DNA of 64,000 nucleotides from an uncultured delta proteobacterium (GTDB taxonomy: Bacteria > Myxococcota_A > Polyangia > Polyangiales > Polyangiaceae): NCBI GenBank assembly GCA_963850305.1, contig CAWKKR010000001.1:32001-96000 (forward strand), read 5' to 3'. Below, piece by piece: positions 10,647 to 22,300 of the stretch. A program made the translations under genes and the position numbers. The notes under the pieces are model-generated. The model did not search any database, was not told the origin of the DNA, and was given only the letters and a program-made list of their open reading frames with translations. Numbering within the stretch: the first letter of the stretch is position 1; each line of letters begins with the position of its first letter.

Positions 10647-10654
10647 GCGACGCC

Positions 10655-11911
10655 TCAGGGCTGGAGCGGAGCCGAGATCGTACCCACCAGCTTGTTGAGC
10701 TCCGATTCCTTCTCGGGCCCGAGCACGCTGCCTGCGCTGAAGACCGCGAAACCGACGTAGTCGAAGAGCATCTGCTTGAGGATGCGCTCCGGATCGTCGC
10801 CTCGCGACACGAGCGCCGCGTTCTCGGCCACGCGTAGCGCGTCGAGCGCTCCATCGAGTCCCGGCCCCGCACCGCGGAACAGAATATCGTACACACCGGC
10901 GCCCTGAGCGAAGGACACGAGGCTCGCCCGTAGATCGTCGCCGATCGAAAATTCGTTCGCGACGCGATGCACCAGCCGCAGAGCCTCGTTCGCCGTCGCG
11001 ACGACGGCCTCGAGCCCACCGCCGAGGTCCGGTGGATGAATCCCGACGTGTTTCGACTGAACGAGTGCATAGACGTCCTTGGTCGTCGCGAATTCGCCGC
11101 GGCCCGTGGCGCGCCCGATGCCCTCGACCGTGCGCACACCGTCCACCGCAGCGAGCGTGGCGGCGAACTCCTCGGACGGGACGTCCGCATTCGCGAGCCG
11201 ATGAGGGATGTGTTCGCCGGAGGGGATCTTCTCGCGGAAATAGCGCATCTCATCCATGCGCGTGACCGCGTCCATCAAGAGCGCGTTCGCGCTCACCGCG
11301 TGTCGTGCAACGAGCCGTGCCTCGTCGAATCCATCGAGAAAGAAGAACGTCCCATCGCCGACGGTCAACGTCGCGAAGACGACCTCGTAAATCTGCTTCC
11401 CCAGGTATTGAAATACCTGCTCCTGCGTCACCGTTCCGAGCTCGACGGCCGCGCCGCCGTAACGGGCGCCGGCGCGCACGCGCTCCATGATCCCCTCGTG
11501 TTGTTCCATCGTGATCACGCCGAACTTGTAGAGCACCATGCCGATGCGCTCGGCCTCGACGTTGGTCTGCGCGCCGACCACGTTCCCCTGGTCGAAATAC
11601 ACGGAACGCACGGTGGGTCCGTCGAGGACGGAGAGCTCGCCGCGCCAGCCGGTCTGGCCGAGCAACGCGAACACGTCGCACATGGCGCCGTGCGCCGTGA
11701 TTTCTCCCGCCAGGCGCACGATCGCGCCATCCTCTGCGTCGCGCCTCCCGTCCTCGCCCGTGAAGCGCATGAACACGACGTGGTCGGGCGCGGGCAAAAG
11801 TCGGAACGCCCCCGCGCGCCCGCGCAGCCGCTGACTGGCGACGCTACCGATCGGATGAGCTACTCCGCTGGGATCGATGCGCACCAGCTCGGACCGCGGG
11901 TCTTTGACCAC
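10655..11911 (-). CDS. DUF4388 (PATAN-like) domain protein
   Basis: LAGEI..MCDVFALLGQTGWRGELSV..RSVYFDQGNVVGAQTN..ERIGMVL, G.FFF, ANALLMDAVTRMDE. Confidence 0.8.
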   Translation of the reverse strand: MVKDPRSELVRIDPSGVAHPIGSVASQRLRGRAGAFRLLPAPDHVVFMRFTGEDGRRDAEDGAIVRLAGEITAHGAMCDVFALLGQTGWRGELSVLDGPTVRSVYFDQGNVVGAQTNVEAERIGMVLYKFGVITMEQHEGIMERVRAGARYGGAAVELGTVTQEQVFQYLGKQIYEVVFATLTVGDGTFFFLDGFDEARLVARHAVSANALLMDAVTRMDEMRYFREKIPSGEHIPHRLANADVPSEEFAATLAAVDGVRTVEGIGRATGRGEFATTKDVYALVQSKHVGIHPPDLGGGLEAVVATANEALRLVHRVANEFSIGDDLRASLVSFAQGAGVYDILFRGAGPGLDGALDALRVAENAALVSRGDDPERILKQMLFDYVGFAVFSAGSVLGPEKESELNKLVGTISAPLQP

Positions 11912-11965
11912 GCCCTTACGTTATCATCGAGGCCCTTGCCGCCAAAGCGGCGGGCGCTCCCGGCC

Positions 11966-14900
11966 TTACCGAAGCTCTGCGACGGAATCGCCAAAAAGGC
12001 GCTCTAGGCTGGCAAGCATGGCGTCGCTCGGGTCCACGCGCGCTCCCTCGATTGCGAGGACGGCACGCCCGCCCTCCGGCAGCGACAGAACCAGATCTGA
12101 CCGGACAGGCCCCGGGAGAGTCGAGGAGCAGCTGGCGGAGGTTGCGGAGCTGCTCGGTTCGCGTCCCGTCGGCATCCAGATGAATCAGGACTGCGCGCGT
12201 CGCTTTTCGAACAGCGTCGGAGAGTGGCACGACCTCGTCCACCAGCAATGTCGGTTCGGCTTCGTCGTCGGCCTCGTCCGTGATCGGAAAACTGACCTTG
12301 CCGGTCACGAGCACGGGATCGCCGCTCGAAAGGAGCGGCCCATACGCGTCGATCCTGTCTTGCCGGACCTTCGCCTTGACCCTCCCCGACATGTCCTCGA
12401 CCTCGAAGAACGCAACCTTCCCACCCGACCCGCCCTTGAAGAGCTTCTCCTGATAGTTTTCGATCATTCCGGCGACCGTCACGGCGCTCCACGCTTCCTG
12501 CTCCGTCACCTTGATCGCCGGGAGCGCACCGATGCGACCGAGCTTGTCGCCGTATCGAAGGAGCGGGTGCCCGGAGACGTAACAGCCTAGCGCCTGCCTT
12601 TCCTTTCCGAGGAGCGTCACCCGATCCCACTGTTCGACGTCGGGATAGTCATCGAGACCCGCGGCGGTTTCCTTCCCGTTCTTGTCCGCCTTGGGAGCGG
12701 CGGCGTCGAAGAGCCCGAAGAGCGTCGTCTGTCCACGCTCGCGATCCCGGCTCGCGCTGCGCGATCGCTCGAGCGCGCGGTCGACCGCCGCGTACGCGCG
12801 CGCGCGAGTGATCCCCATCGGACCGAGCATCGAGTCGAACGCACCGCACTGCACGAGCGCCTCGAGTACGCCCTTGTTCAGCCGCTTCGCGTCCACGCGA
12901 ACGGCGAAATCGAAGAGATCCAGGAACGGGCCCCCGGCCGTGCGCGCCTCGAACACGGTCTCGAGCGCCGCCTCGCCCGAGCCCGCGCACGGCGCCGAGC
13001 CCGAAGCGGATTTGCGGCCTGAAGCGATCTCGCAGGCGTCCTGGCCCGCGCGGGGGGCCCGTGCCGTCGGGCGCGCATAGACGACGGTGAAGTCGGTGTC
13101 GCTCGCGTTGACGTCGGGCGGCAGCACGCTGACGCCCCAGGTCGCGCGCCTCGGCGATCGTGCGCACGACCTTCTCGATCTTGTCCTTGTCCGCCGTGAG
13201 GAGCGCGGCGAAAAACTCCGCCGGGTAGTGCGCCTTCAGGTACGCGGTCTGGTACGTGATGAGCGCGTACGCCGCCGAGTGGCTCTTGTTGAAGCCGTAG
13301 CCCGCGAAGCACTCGAGCTCCCCGAAGATGGCGCGCGCTTGCTCCTCGGTCACGCCGTTGCCTTTCGCGCCGTGCACGAAGGCAGCCTTCTGCTTCGCCA
13401 TCTCCTCTGGCTTCTTCTTGCCCATCGCGCGGCGGAGGAGATCGGCGCCGCCGAGCGTGTAGCCGCGCGAGCTGCTGCGCGATCTGCATGACCTGCTCTT
13501 GGTAGACGATGACGCCGTAGGTCGGCGCGAGCACTCGTCGACGAGCGCGTGCAGCTTCCGGATCGGCTTTCGGCCGTGCTTGCCGCTCGACGAAGTCGTC
13601 GACCATGCCCGTGCCGAGCGGGCCCGGGCGGTAGAGCGCGACGGCGGCGACGATGTCCTCGAAGCAGTCGGGCTTCAGGCCGCGAAGAGCTGCTGCATGC
13701 CGCTCGACTCGAGCTGGAACACGCCCTTCGTCTCGCCGCTGGAAACGAGCGCGTACGTGTCCCTGTCGTCGAGCGGGAATCCGGTTCACGTCGAGCAGCC
13801 GACCCACGGCGGTCGGGCCGCGCGTTGACGAGGCGCTCGGCGATGTCGATGACCGTCAGCGTCTTCAGGCCGAGGAAGTCGAACTTGACGAGGCCCGCGG
13901 CCTCGACGTCGTCCTTGTAGTACTGCGTGACGATGGCGGCGCCGCTCGTGAAGCACGGCACGTGGGTGTCGAGCGGGCCTTCGCTGATGACGACGCCGGC
14001 GGCGTGCATGCCCGCGTGGCGCGTGAGGCCCTCGAGCTTCTTCGCCTGATCGAGGAGCTCGTTCACGCGCGGGTCGGTCTCTGCGAGCGTCTTCAGCTTG
14101 GGCTCGAGGTCGAGCGCCTCGTCGATCGTGTACATCTTGCCCTGGCCCTTCTCGGGACGAGGCTCGCGATCCGCTGCGCCTCGGGCGGCGCGATCCCCAT
14201 CGCGCGCGCCACGTCCTTGATGACGCTGCGCGCCTTCAGGTTCTGGAACGTCGCGATCTGCCCGACGCTCGTCTTGCCGTACTTCTCGCCGACGTAGACG
14301 ATGACCTCGTCCCGCCGCTCCATGCAGAAGTCGATGTCGAAGTCGGGCATGCTCACGCGCTCCGGGTTGAGGAAGCGCTCGAAGAGCAGGTTGTAGGGGA
14401 TGGGATCGAGGTCGGTGATGTCGCATCGCGTACGCGACGAGGGAGCCGGCGCCCGAGCCGCGGCCCGGACCGACGGGGATACGCCGGTCCTTCGCGTCGC
14501 GGATGAAGTCCCAGACGATGAGGAAGTACCCCGGGAACTTCATCCCGACGATGACGTCGAGCTCCGTTTCGAGCCGCTTGCGGTACGCTTCCTCGTCGAT
14601 CGAACGGCCCACTTCCCGGAACTCGGAGAACCGTCGCTCGAGTCCGTCCCGGGCGACGTGGCGGAAGTAGCCCTCCACGTCGTAACCCTCCGGCACGGGG
14701 AAGTGCGGGAGCATCGGGCTGCCGAGCGAGAGCTGAATCCCGAGCACATCTCCGCGACGCGGAGCGTGTTCCGGAGCGCGTCCGGCCGATCGCGGAAACG
14801 CCGCGCTCATCTCCGCCGGCGACTTCAGATACATCTCGAAGCGCCCGTGGTGGTACCGCTTCGCGTCTTCGTATCGGCGGTTCAGGCGAATGCACTCGAG

Positions 14901-15537
14901 GTAGAGCTGCGCCTCGCCGTCCTCCTGGTTCATGAACTGGACGTCGTTCGTCGCGACGACCGGCAGATCGAGCTTCTTCGCCGCACGCTCCAGGATCCCG
15001 TTGATCACGGGCTGCTCGGGCAAGCCATGGTCCTGGAGCTCGACGAACAGTGCCCCTGGGTCGAACCGCGCCGCCAGCTCCGCGAGCGTCTGCTCGGCGG
15101 CCTGCTCGCCGTGCTGGCAGACGGCCTGAGGCATGATGCCGCCGAGGCAGCCCGTGAGGGCGACGATACCCTTCGTGCGTGCAACGACGTCGTCCATCGT
15201 CACGGTCGGGACCGTCTGACCTGCGCCCTCGAACCCGAGGGAGACGAGCTTGATGAGATTCTGATAACCCTCGGCGGACGCTGCCAGCAGCACGAGGTGA
15301 TTCGGGTGCTCTCCCGCGGATTCGGGCGACATTGAGCTCGCAGCCTACGATCGGCTGGACCCCTGCCGCCTTGCACTCCTTCGAATGCTTCACGGCACCG
15401 AACATGTTCCCGAGATCCGTCAGCGCGACGGCCGTCATCCCTCGCTCACGGACCCGCTTCGGCAGCTCCGGCAGCTTCACGGTACTGACGAGGAACGAGT
15501 ATTGCGAATGAACGTGGAGGTGGACGAACTCCGACAC
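11966..15537 (-). CDS. dnaE: DNA polymerase III alpha subunit (multiple apparent frameshifts)
   Basis: [67 protein letters not shown] and an OB fold, spread over several minus-strand frames. Confidence 0.95.
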
Positions 15538-15798
15538 GTCGGGTACCGGTTATCGCTTCCGAGCGCTGGGCGCCACCTCGACATCCGAGAACCCGCCCGG
15601 GTGGCGCTTGCGAGAGCCCGCGAAAGCCCGCGGGTGGGAACGGTGGGAAAAATAAGGAGCCAATTTTCGCCCTCCACGCCAATCCGCTCTAAACCCTTGC
15701 GCTCGCCCGTCGAGTTCGATACCGGTTCTCATCGGCGAGGGTCGGTTTTCTTCACGGGGCCGGCAGAGCCGACCCACTTACGGAGGACTTCGAGAAAA

Positions 15799-16482
15799 AT
15801 GATTCGCAAGACGGCTGTACTGGTTCTATCCACTGCCCTTTCGGCGTCCGTCGTCGTGGGCTGCCACCATCACGAGAAGCCGGCGAACACGCCAGCAACG
15901 CCGCCCCCGGCACCGCCCCCGCCCCCGCCCCCGGCGGCGACGACGCCACCGGCCGCGACCGCCGCACCGGCGCCGGCACCCGCCCCGGCTCCGGAACCTG
16001 CCGCAGCGCCGAAGCTACCGGTTCTCAAGGGTCCGCCGAAGACCACCCAGAAGGGTGGCGTCGTCACGCTGCCGGGCGCGATCGTGTTCGAGAGCGGCAA
16101 GGCAACGATCCAGATCGGTTCGGGCAGCGATGAGGTGCTCGCGGATCTGAGGCAATTCTTGGTCGACAACGCGAAGAAGATCGCGCTGCTCCGCATCGAG
16201 GGCCACACCGACAATACCGGCACCACCGAGGGGAACCTGGAACTGTCGGGCCAGCGCGCGCTCACCATCAAGAAGTGGTTGATCGACAACGGGATCGACG
16301 CCGGTCGTCTGGTCGCCGTCGGCTTTGGTCAGACCAAGCCCATCGCGGATAACAAGACGGAAGAAGGTCGCGCGAAGAACCGCCGGACCGAATTCCACGT
16401 TGCGGAGATCTTCGACAAGAAGGGCAAGCCTTCGAAGTATCTCGGCGGGAATATTCTGGGCGGCGGCAAAGAGTTCCAATAG
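15799..16482 (+). CDS. OmpA-family peptidoglycan-binding lipoprotein
   Basis: RBS GGAGG, lipobox VVGC, Pro/Ala linker, IEGHTDNTG..NLELSGQRA..KNRRTEF. Confidence 0.92.
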   Translation: MIRKTAVLVLSTALSASVVVGCHHHEKPANTPATPPPAPPPPPPPAATTPPAATAAPAPAPAPAPEPAAAPKLPVLKGPPKTTQKGGVVTLPGAIVFESGKATIQIGSGSDEVLADLRQFLVDNAKKIALLRIEGHTDNTGTTEGNLELSGQRALTIKKWLIDNGIDAGRLVAVGFGQTKPIADNKTEEGRAKNRRTEFHVAEIFDKKGKPSKYLGGNILGGGKEFQ

Positions 16483-16579
16483 AGCCGGCATTTCTCCGCA
16501 TTGACAGTACTTTTTCTGCTGTGCGGGCCCGTGTCGTCGTAGACATCGGCCCGTGCGAGTTTTGCGGAACAAGGGTTCC

Positions 16580-17110
16580 ATGATCCGATTCGCGCGGTCG
16601 CTCGTTGCGCTCTGCGCGATCGCCCTGTGCGGGGCGTGCAACCGTACTCCTGACGATCTCCGCGAGTGGCGTCCGTCGGATCACAGTACGGAGCCAGCTC
16701 CCGCTCAGGATGCACCGCAGGTGTCGGGTTCCGCGGAACCCACCGTGCCAGGCCTCGACGCCGTGACGATCGCGGCCTGGCAGCGCGCGTGCGTGACATG
16801 CCATGGCTCCCTCGGCAGGGGCGACGGTCCGCAGGGCCCCATGGTCCAGGCGCGCGACCTGTCGGACCCTGCCTGGCAGCGCGCCGCCTCCGACGCCGAG
16901 ATCGTCGATGCGATCACCAAGGGGCGCGGACGCATGCCGCCGTTTCAGCTTCCCGCGTCCACGGTCGCCGGGCTCTTGCATCTCGTGAGGTTGTTCAATC
17001 GCGAGCGCGTCGCGAGTCCCGCGAGCACCGAACCTGCCCGGTCGGACGCCGGTGTCGCACCCACCGAGCGAGGCGCGAAGAAGGCAAGCCGCGCCCGAAG
17101 GGCCCGCTAG
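16580..17110 (+). CDS. Monoheme cytochrome c lipoprotein
   Basis: Lipobox-like GAC, heme motif CVTCHG, GRGDGP, distal Met in GRGRMPPF. Confidence 0.85.
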   Translation: MIRFARSLVALCAIALCGACNRTPDDLREWRPSDHSTEPAPAQDAPQVSGSAEPTVPGLDAVTIAAWQRACVTCHGSLGRGDGPQGPMVQARDLSDPAWQRAASDAEIVDAITKGRGRMPPFQLPASTVAGLLHLVRLFNRERVASPASTEPARSDAGVAPTERGAKKASRARRAR

Positions 17111-17207
17111 GCGGAAGAGAACGCCAGCTCTCCCTTCGCATTATCCGGCGAGGGGCTCCCCCGACGCGCCATTCATCGCAAAAGCAGGCTACTCTTTCCG
17201 GATATCC

Positions 17208-18566
17208 GTGAGCGAGCCCGTGCATACCAACGTCTCGACGATGGCCGCCGACGGCGCGGCCTCCGTTCCCGCCGAGCTCGTTCTGGTCGTCGTCACGGGG
17301 AAAGCTCGCGGTCAGCACGCGAAGGTCGGCGCTCGGCTCAGCATCGGGAAATCCAGCGACAACGATCTCGTGCTCGCCGACGACACCGTTTCTCGACACC
17401 ACTGTGAGGTCGTCCGAACGCCGCGAGGACTCCTCGTGCGAGACCTCGGCTCGACGAACCAGACGCGGATCGGACGCTCGCGTGTCACGGAGGCAACGCT
17501 CGAACCCGGCGCCACCCTGACGATCGGCGACGTGGATCTCGTGCTGCGCGTCGGCGCCCTTCGCGCGAACCTGATGCCGAGCGACTCGAAGCGATTCGGA
17601 GAGGTCATCGCGACGAGCTTGCCGATGCGCTCCATCTTCGGCGTCCTCGAGCGCATCGCGCCGTCGGACGCGACGGTGCTCCTGGAGGGCGAAACGGGGA
17701 CCGGCAAGGACGTCCTTGCACGCGCCGTTCACGCGGAGAGCCCGCGCCGCGCCGAGCCGTTCGTCGTGGTGGACTGCGGCGCGATCAGTTACAGCCTCAT
17801 CGAGAGCGAGCTCTTCGGGCACGAGCGTGGCGCGTTCACGGGAGCCATCGCGTCGCGCGCAGGCGCGTTCGAAGCGGCGGGCCGCGGCACCCTCTTTCTC
17901 GACGAGGTCGGCGAATTGCCCCTGGACGTTCAGCCCAAGCTCCTCCGTGTGCTCGAGTCGGGGGATTTCCGCCGCGTGGGCGGCAATCGCCCACAGCGCA
18001 GCTTTGCCAGGATCGTCGCCGCGACCAAGCGAAACCTGCGTGAAGAAGTCGACCGCGGCAAGTTCCGGGAGGACCTGTATTTCCGCCTCGCCGTGGTGCC
18101 CGTCGTGGTGCCGCCGCTGCGAGTGCGGCGCGAAGACGTCGGGCTCCTCGTCGATCATTTCCTCGCCGTCGCCAAGAAGCGCGACGCGCGCATGGCGGAC
18201 GTCACCATTGGTCCCGATACGCGTAGCGCGCTCGAGGCCCACGACTGGCCCGGAAACGTGCGCGAGCTCAGGAATGTCCTCGATCGCGCGCTCTACGTCG
18301 CGGCGGCGAACGATGAACACGACCTCCGCCTCGTCGATCTGCCCCTCGCGGCAAGCGGCGTGAGGAATGTCTCGACGTTCGACCCCGCGAAGAGCTACCG
18401 CGAGCTCCGCACGACCTTCGAATCCGACTTCGAGCGGAACTACGTCGCGTGGCTCCTCGATCGCCACACGGGCAACATCAGCGCTGCCGCCCGCGAAGCC
18501 AAGATGGACCGGAAGTACCTTTACGATCTCGCGCGCAAGCACGGGCTCCGGGGGACGCGCGAGTAG
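17208..18566 (+). CDS. FHA-domain sigma-54-dependent transcriptional activator
   Basis: FHA ([14 protein letters not shown]), AAA+ [33 protein letters not shown], Fis-type HTH. Start is approximate. Confidence 0.93.
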   Translation: MSEPVHTNVSTMAADGAASVPAELVLVVVTGKARGQHAKVGARLSIGKSSDNDLVLADDTVSRHHCEVVRTPRGLLVRDLGSTNQTRIGRSRVTEATLEPGATLTIGDVDLVLRVGALRANLMPSDSKRFGEVIATSLPMRSIFGVLERIAPSDATVLLEGETGTGKDVLARAVHAESPRRAEPFVVVDCGAISYSLIESELFGHERGAFTGAIASRAGAFEAAGRGTLFLDEVGELPLDVQPKLLRVLESGDFRRVGGNRPQRSFARIVAATKRNLREEVDRGKFREDLYFRLAVVPVVVPPLRVRREDVGLLVDHFLAVAKKRDARMADVTIGPDTRSALEAHDWPGNVRELRNVLDRALYVAAANDEHDLRLVDLPLAASGVRNVSTFDPAKSYRELRTTFESDFERNYVAWLLDRHTGNISAAAREAKMDRKYLYDLARKHGLRGTRE

Positions 18567-18728
18567 ACGGTTCCTACGGCGAACCGGCGATCCTTGCCCG
18601 GCGCTTCTCCAGCGCCCAGACCAGTCCAATCCAACTCGCAATCTGATATCGACCGGTATCTACGCGGGATCGTCGGTTTCGACGCGAAGGTCGGTCGAAC
18701 CGCGGCGCGCTGGCGTGCGGCTTCGACG

Positions 18729-19358
18729 TCAGAGCTCACGTCCGAGCAGAACGCCGAGCTCCCGTAGCGCCGCTCGGGGCTCACCGACCTTGACCGTGGA
18801 CATGCCCAGGGCTTTCGCGGCCTTGAGGTTGCCACCGATGTCGTCGAGAAAGATGGCCTCGGACGGACGAAGGGCGAGCCTCTCGCAAACGAGCTCGTAG
18901 ATCGCAGGGTCGGGTTTTCGCATGCCGACCTTGCACGACTCGACGAAGACATGGAATTCGTCGCGAAGTGGGCGCATGAGCTCGTCGTGGTTTTCGTGCG
19001 TCACCCAGTTGTTGGTGAGCGCGGCGACCTTCAAGCCGGCCATCCGCAGGGCCCGGATCGCCTCGATCATCACGGGGCGAACGGAAGAGCGCTCCGCCAT
19101 TTCACGCATGAGCTGCGCCGTGTCGAGATTCTGGCCTGCGGCCCGCGCATCCGCGTCGAACATCCTGCAAAAGTCAGCGAGCGCAATCTCTCCGCGCTCC
19201 AGCCGATGCCAGGCGCCGTCCTCTCCGCCATAGCCACCCACGATGCGCGCGATGAAATGCTCCGGCAGTCCGTGGCTTCGCTCGTATTCGCCGATGAATG
19301 CGAGCGGCGAGTCGAACACCACACCGCCGAGATCGAAGATGACTGCCTGGAGGGCCAT
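18729..19358 (-). CDS. HAD family phosphatase
   Basis: Motifs FDLGGV, LTNNW, MRKPDPAIY, FLDDIGGNL. Confidence 0.9.
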   Translation of the reverse strand: MALQAVIFDLGGVVFDSPLAFIGEYERSHGLPEHFIARIVGGYGGEDGAWHRLERGEIALADFCRMFDADARAAGQNLDTAQLMREMAERSSVRPVMIEAIRALRMAGLKVAALTNNWVTHENHDELMRPLRDEFHVFVESCKVGMRKPDPAIYELVCERLALRPSEAIFLDDIGGNLKAAKALGMSTVKVGEPRAALRELGVLLGREL

Positions 19359-19364
19359 CGACGA

Positions 19365-22300
19365 CTATTGACCGATCCGGCGGCGCACCGTCGTGGCGAC
19401 ATCGCTCACGACGAAGCGGAGCGCGTCCGCGAGCACGGCCATGCCACGGTCGAGCGCAGGACCTTCGACGCCGGCGAGATCGGCTTCCGTGCGCCGGATG
19501 AGGTCAATCGCGGACGCGGGATCCCCCGAGACGAGAAGGGCCGCGCGGGTCGCCGACTTTCGAACGCGGAGCAACCAGTCATCGAGCCGCGGGCGCGGAG
19601 AGGGGCCGTACGCGGCAGCGGCTTCTTCGAGGGGGCGCCGTGCTCGGCGGGGCAAGCCCTTGTAGAGATTCTTGGAGAACGTGTCGAGGTACTCGGCGTT
19701 GGCCTGGCCCCCACCGAAGCTCGGGTCGACGGTCCGCATCGCGCCGGCCAGGACGTCCGCGATCGCCGACGGGGCGAGCTTGTCCACGGCGTGCAGACCA
19801 CGCGCCACGTTCGCGAGAACGCGCGCGAGCAGGAAGGCCTGGCGCGTCTCGGAGAGCGCTGTCACGTGAAACGGCACCATCACCGAGACTGGATCCGAGA
19901 ATTCGACCTCGATACTGCCGGCGTGCGCTTGATGTACGTACATATCGAGCTCCTCCAGCCCGAATACCCGCCCGATGCGATCGACGAGCGCGCGCGTCGG
20001 GTGGCCCGACCTCGACGAGATCCGATCCCCGCGCGAGACGCCGTACGCATCGAAGTCCGGTGGATACACGCGCTCGAGTCCGAGCGAAGCCGTCGCGAGC
20101 AACCGCGAGGTCGTGACGTCCTCCGGAAGACCCGCATCGAACAGGCTCCGCGTCTCCGGCGAGAGCGCGTTCGCCTCGAGGTCGGGCAGCAGCCGACCGC
20201 GCGTATCGATCGCTGCGCGCTCCAGGTCCGTCCCGCCCCCGAGCGCGACGAGGATCTCGCTGGCAAGCTCGGCGACACCCGATTGCCCGAGTGCCCGCAG
20301 CGTCTCCGAGAGGCTCTGCCAGACGTCCCTGGAGAGCGGCTGCAGTTCGATGAGCTTCCGGAGTTCATCGGCTGCTTCCGGTAGCCGGGAGTGAGCGCGC
20401 AGCCGCGCCGCCAGCTCCGTTCGAAGGGCGACGGCATGGGGAAATCGCCCGAGGCCGGCGCGCAGCGTCTCGATGGCGTCATCGACCTGGCCGAGCTCGT
20501 CGGAAAGGACGCGGCAGAGCTCGAAGTAGGCGGGTGCGAGCCGCGCCTCCTCGCCGACCGCGCGCTCGAGGTAACGGGCGAGCGCATCGCCATAGAGGTC
20601 CCACGGAGCCCGTTCACCGCGCCTCCTCGCATCGGCGCATAGCGCGCGCATCTCTCCGAGCGCCGGGCCGTCGACGCCCGTGAGCGCCACGGCCTGACGA
20701 TACGCCTCCGCCGCGGCCTGCGTCGAACCGCGCCGCGTCTCGAGCCGGGCCAGCCGGGTGAGTGCGTCCGCGCGCTCGTCGCCGTCCGGACAGACCTGGA
20801 CGAGGCGCGCGGCCGTCTCCGCCGCCGCATCGAACTGCGACGAGCTCATCTCGACCTCGAGCAACAGCGCGAGCGCCCCCCGGTGAGCCGCGTCGATGGC
20901 GAGGACCGCGCGCAGACTCGCCGCAGCTCGCGCGGGCTCCCCGAGCTCGACATAGAGCGAACCGAGCTCGAACTCGGCGGCGAGCAAGACGGAGGGTGGC
21001 GGCGAGCTCGCGACGGCACGGAGCAGCCGCTCGACGGCGTCCGCAGGTCGCCCGTCTCGTCTCAGAAGCTCGGCTTCCTTCATGAACGCCGGGACGAAGG
21101 CGGGCTGCTCCTTGAGCGCGCGGGCGAGTGCCCCGAGTCCGGCACCGATGTCGTGCAAGCGATCCGCGTGTAGCCCGGCGACGGTCACCCAGAGCGTCGC
21201 GCGTCGGTCCGCGTCCTTCGCGCGGCCGGCCGCGTGCGACAGAACGTCGGCGAGCCGTCCTGGATCCGTGGGCGCGAGCAACTCCGCGAGGAGGCTCGCG
21301 CTCCCCTCGTGATCCGGACACGCCTCGAGGGCCTGCACGAGGTCCGCCGTGGCTCCGCCGACGTCACGCTTCTGAGCGAACCTCACTCGTGCGCTCCGGA
21401 CGAGGAGCGAAGCGGAGAGCTCGGCATCTCTGAGAACACGCAAGGCGTGGGCCGCAGCGTCGGCGAGGACGGCAGGAGCGTTCGTGCGAAGCGCCAGTCG
21501 CGCAAAGCCACGCGCCGCAGCGATGTTCTCCGGATCCCGCGCCAGCGCGGCGCGGTACGTGTCGAGAGCAGAAGGATCCCTGGCGAGCTCGAGCGATTCT
21601 GCGAGCCGGGTCTGGTGCGCGGCGGCGAGCGACGCCTCTTCGGTGAGAGCCCCGAGCTTGGCGTCCACCTGCGACAGGAGACCGAAGTTCTTGAACCCGA
21701 TGGCCACGCGCTCGAGCGACGTGAGCGCGGCGCCGTCGCTCGGCGCGACGCGCACGATCGTGAGGTACTTCTCGATGATCTCGCTCGGCGCCGCCGTGAT
21801 CCGGAGTTCTTCGAGGCGGGCGAGCTCCCGGAGAACTGCGACTCGGGCGAAGCCATTCTCGACAATCCGCGCTTGCCCCATGAGGGCCTGCGAGAGCTTT
21901 TCCGTCTGCCCGAGCTCCGCGCACAGGGTCTCGAGTGCCATCAGGGCCCCGAGGTGGCTCGGATCGAGTGCGAGCACCGCCTCGAACGCGGCCACGGCGC
22001 GCTGCGGTTCGGCAAGGTGATCCCGCAGAATCTCGGCGGCACGCACCCGCGCTGCGATGGCGAGGCGCCCGTCCTTCGACGCCGTCGCCTCGCGCTCCAG
22101 CGCGTCGACGAGTCCGCGGAAGTCCTTCGCCCGCTCGAGCAGTCGCGCGCGGCCATCGAGCGCCGGCCGGAACTCTGGCGCTTCCGCGAGGGCGCGGTCG
22201 TAAGCCTCGAGCGCCTTCGCCCGGTCTTCGATCCGGTTCTCGTAGACCTCGGCAATCCTGAATGCCGTGCGCGCGCGCCCCGGCTTGTCGTCGTGCACGG

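Noticed and set aside
11966..15537. Split dnaE or intein
   Set aside because: No intein terminal motifs, and the fragments join by single-base shifts at the normal total length.
15890..16010. Repeat-like GC tract
   Set aside because: Encodes the Pro/Ala linker of the OmpA-family protein; an ordinary low-complexity region.
16995..18641. Long antisense ORFs (also 10967-12007, 22692-24245, 42839-44044, 60770-61642)
   Set aside because: Shadow frames expected from high-GC codon bias opposite well-supported genes.
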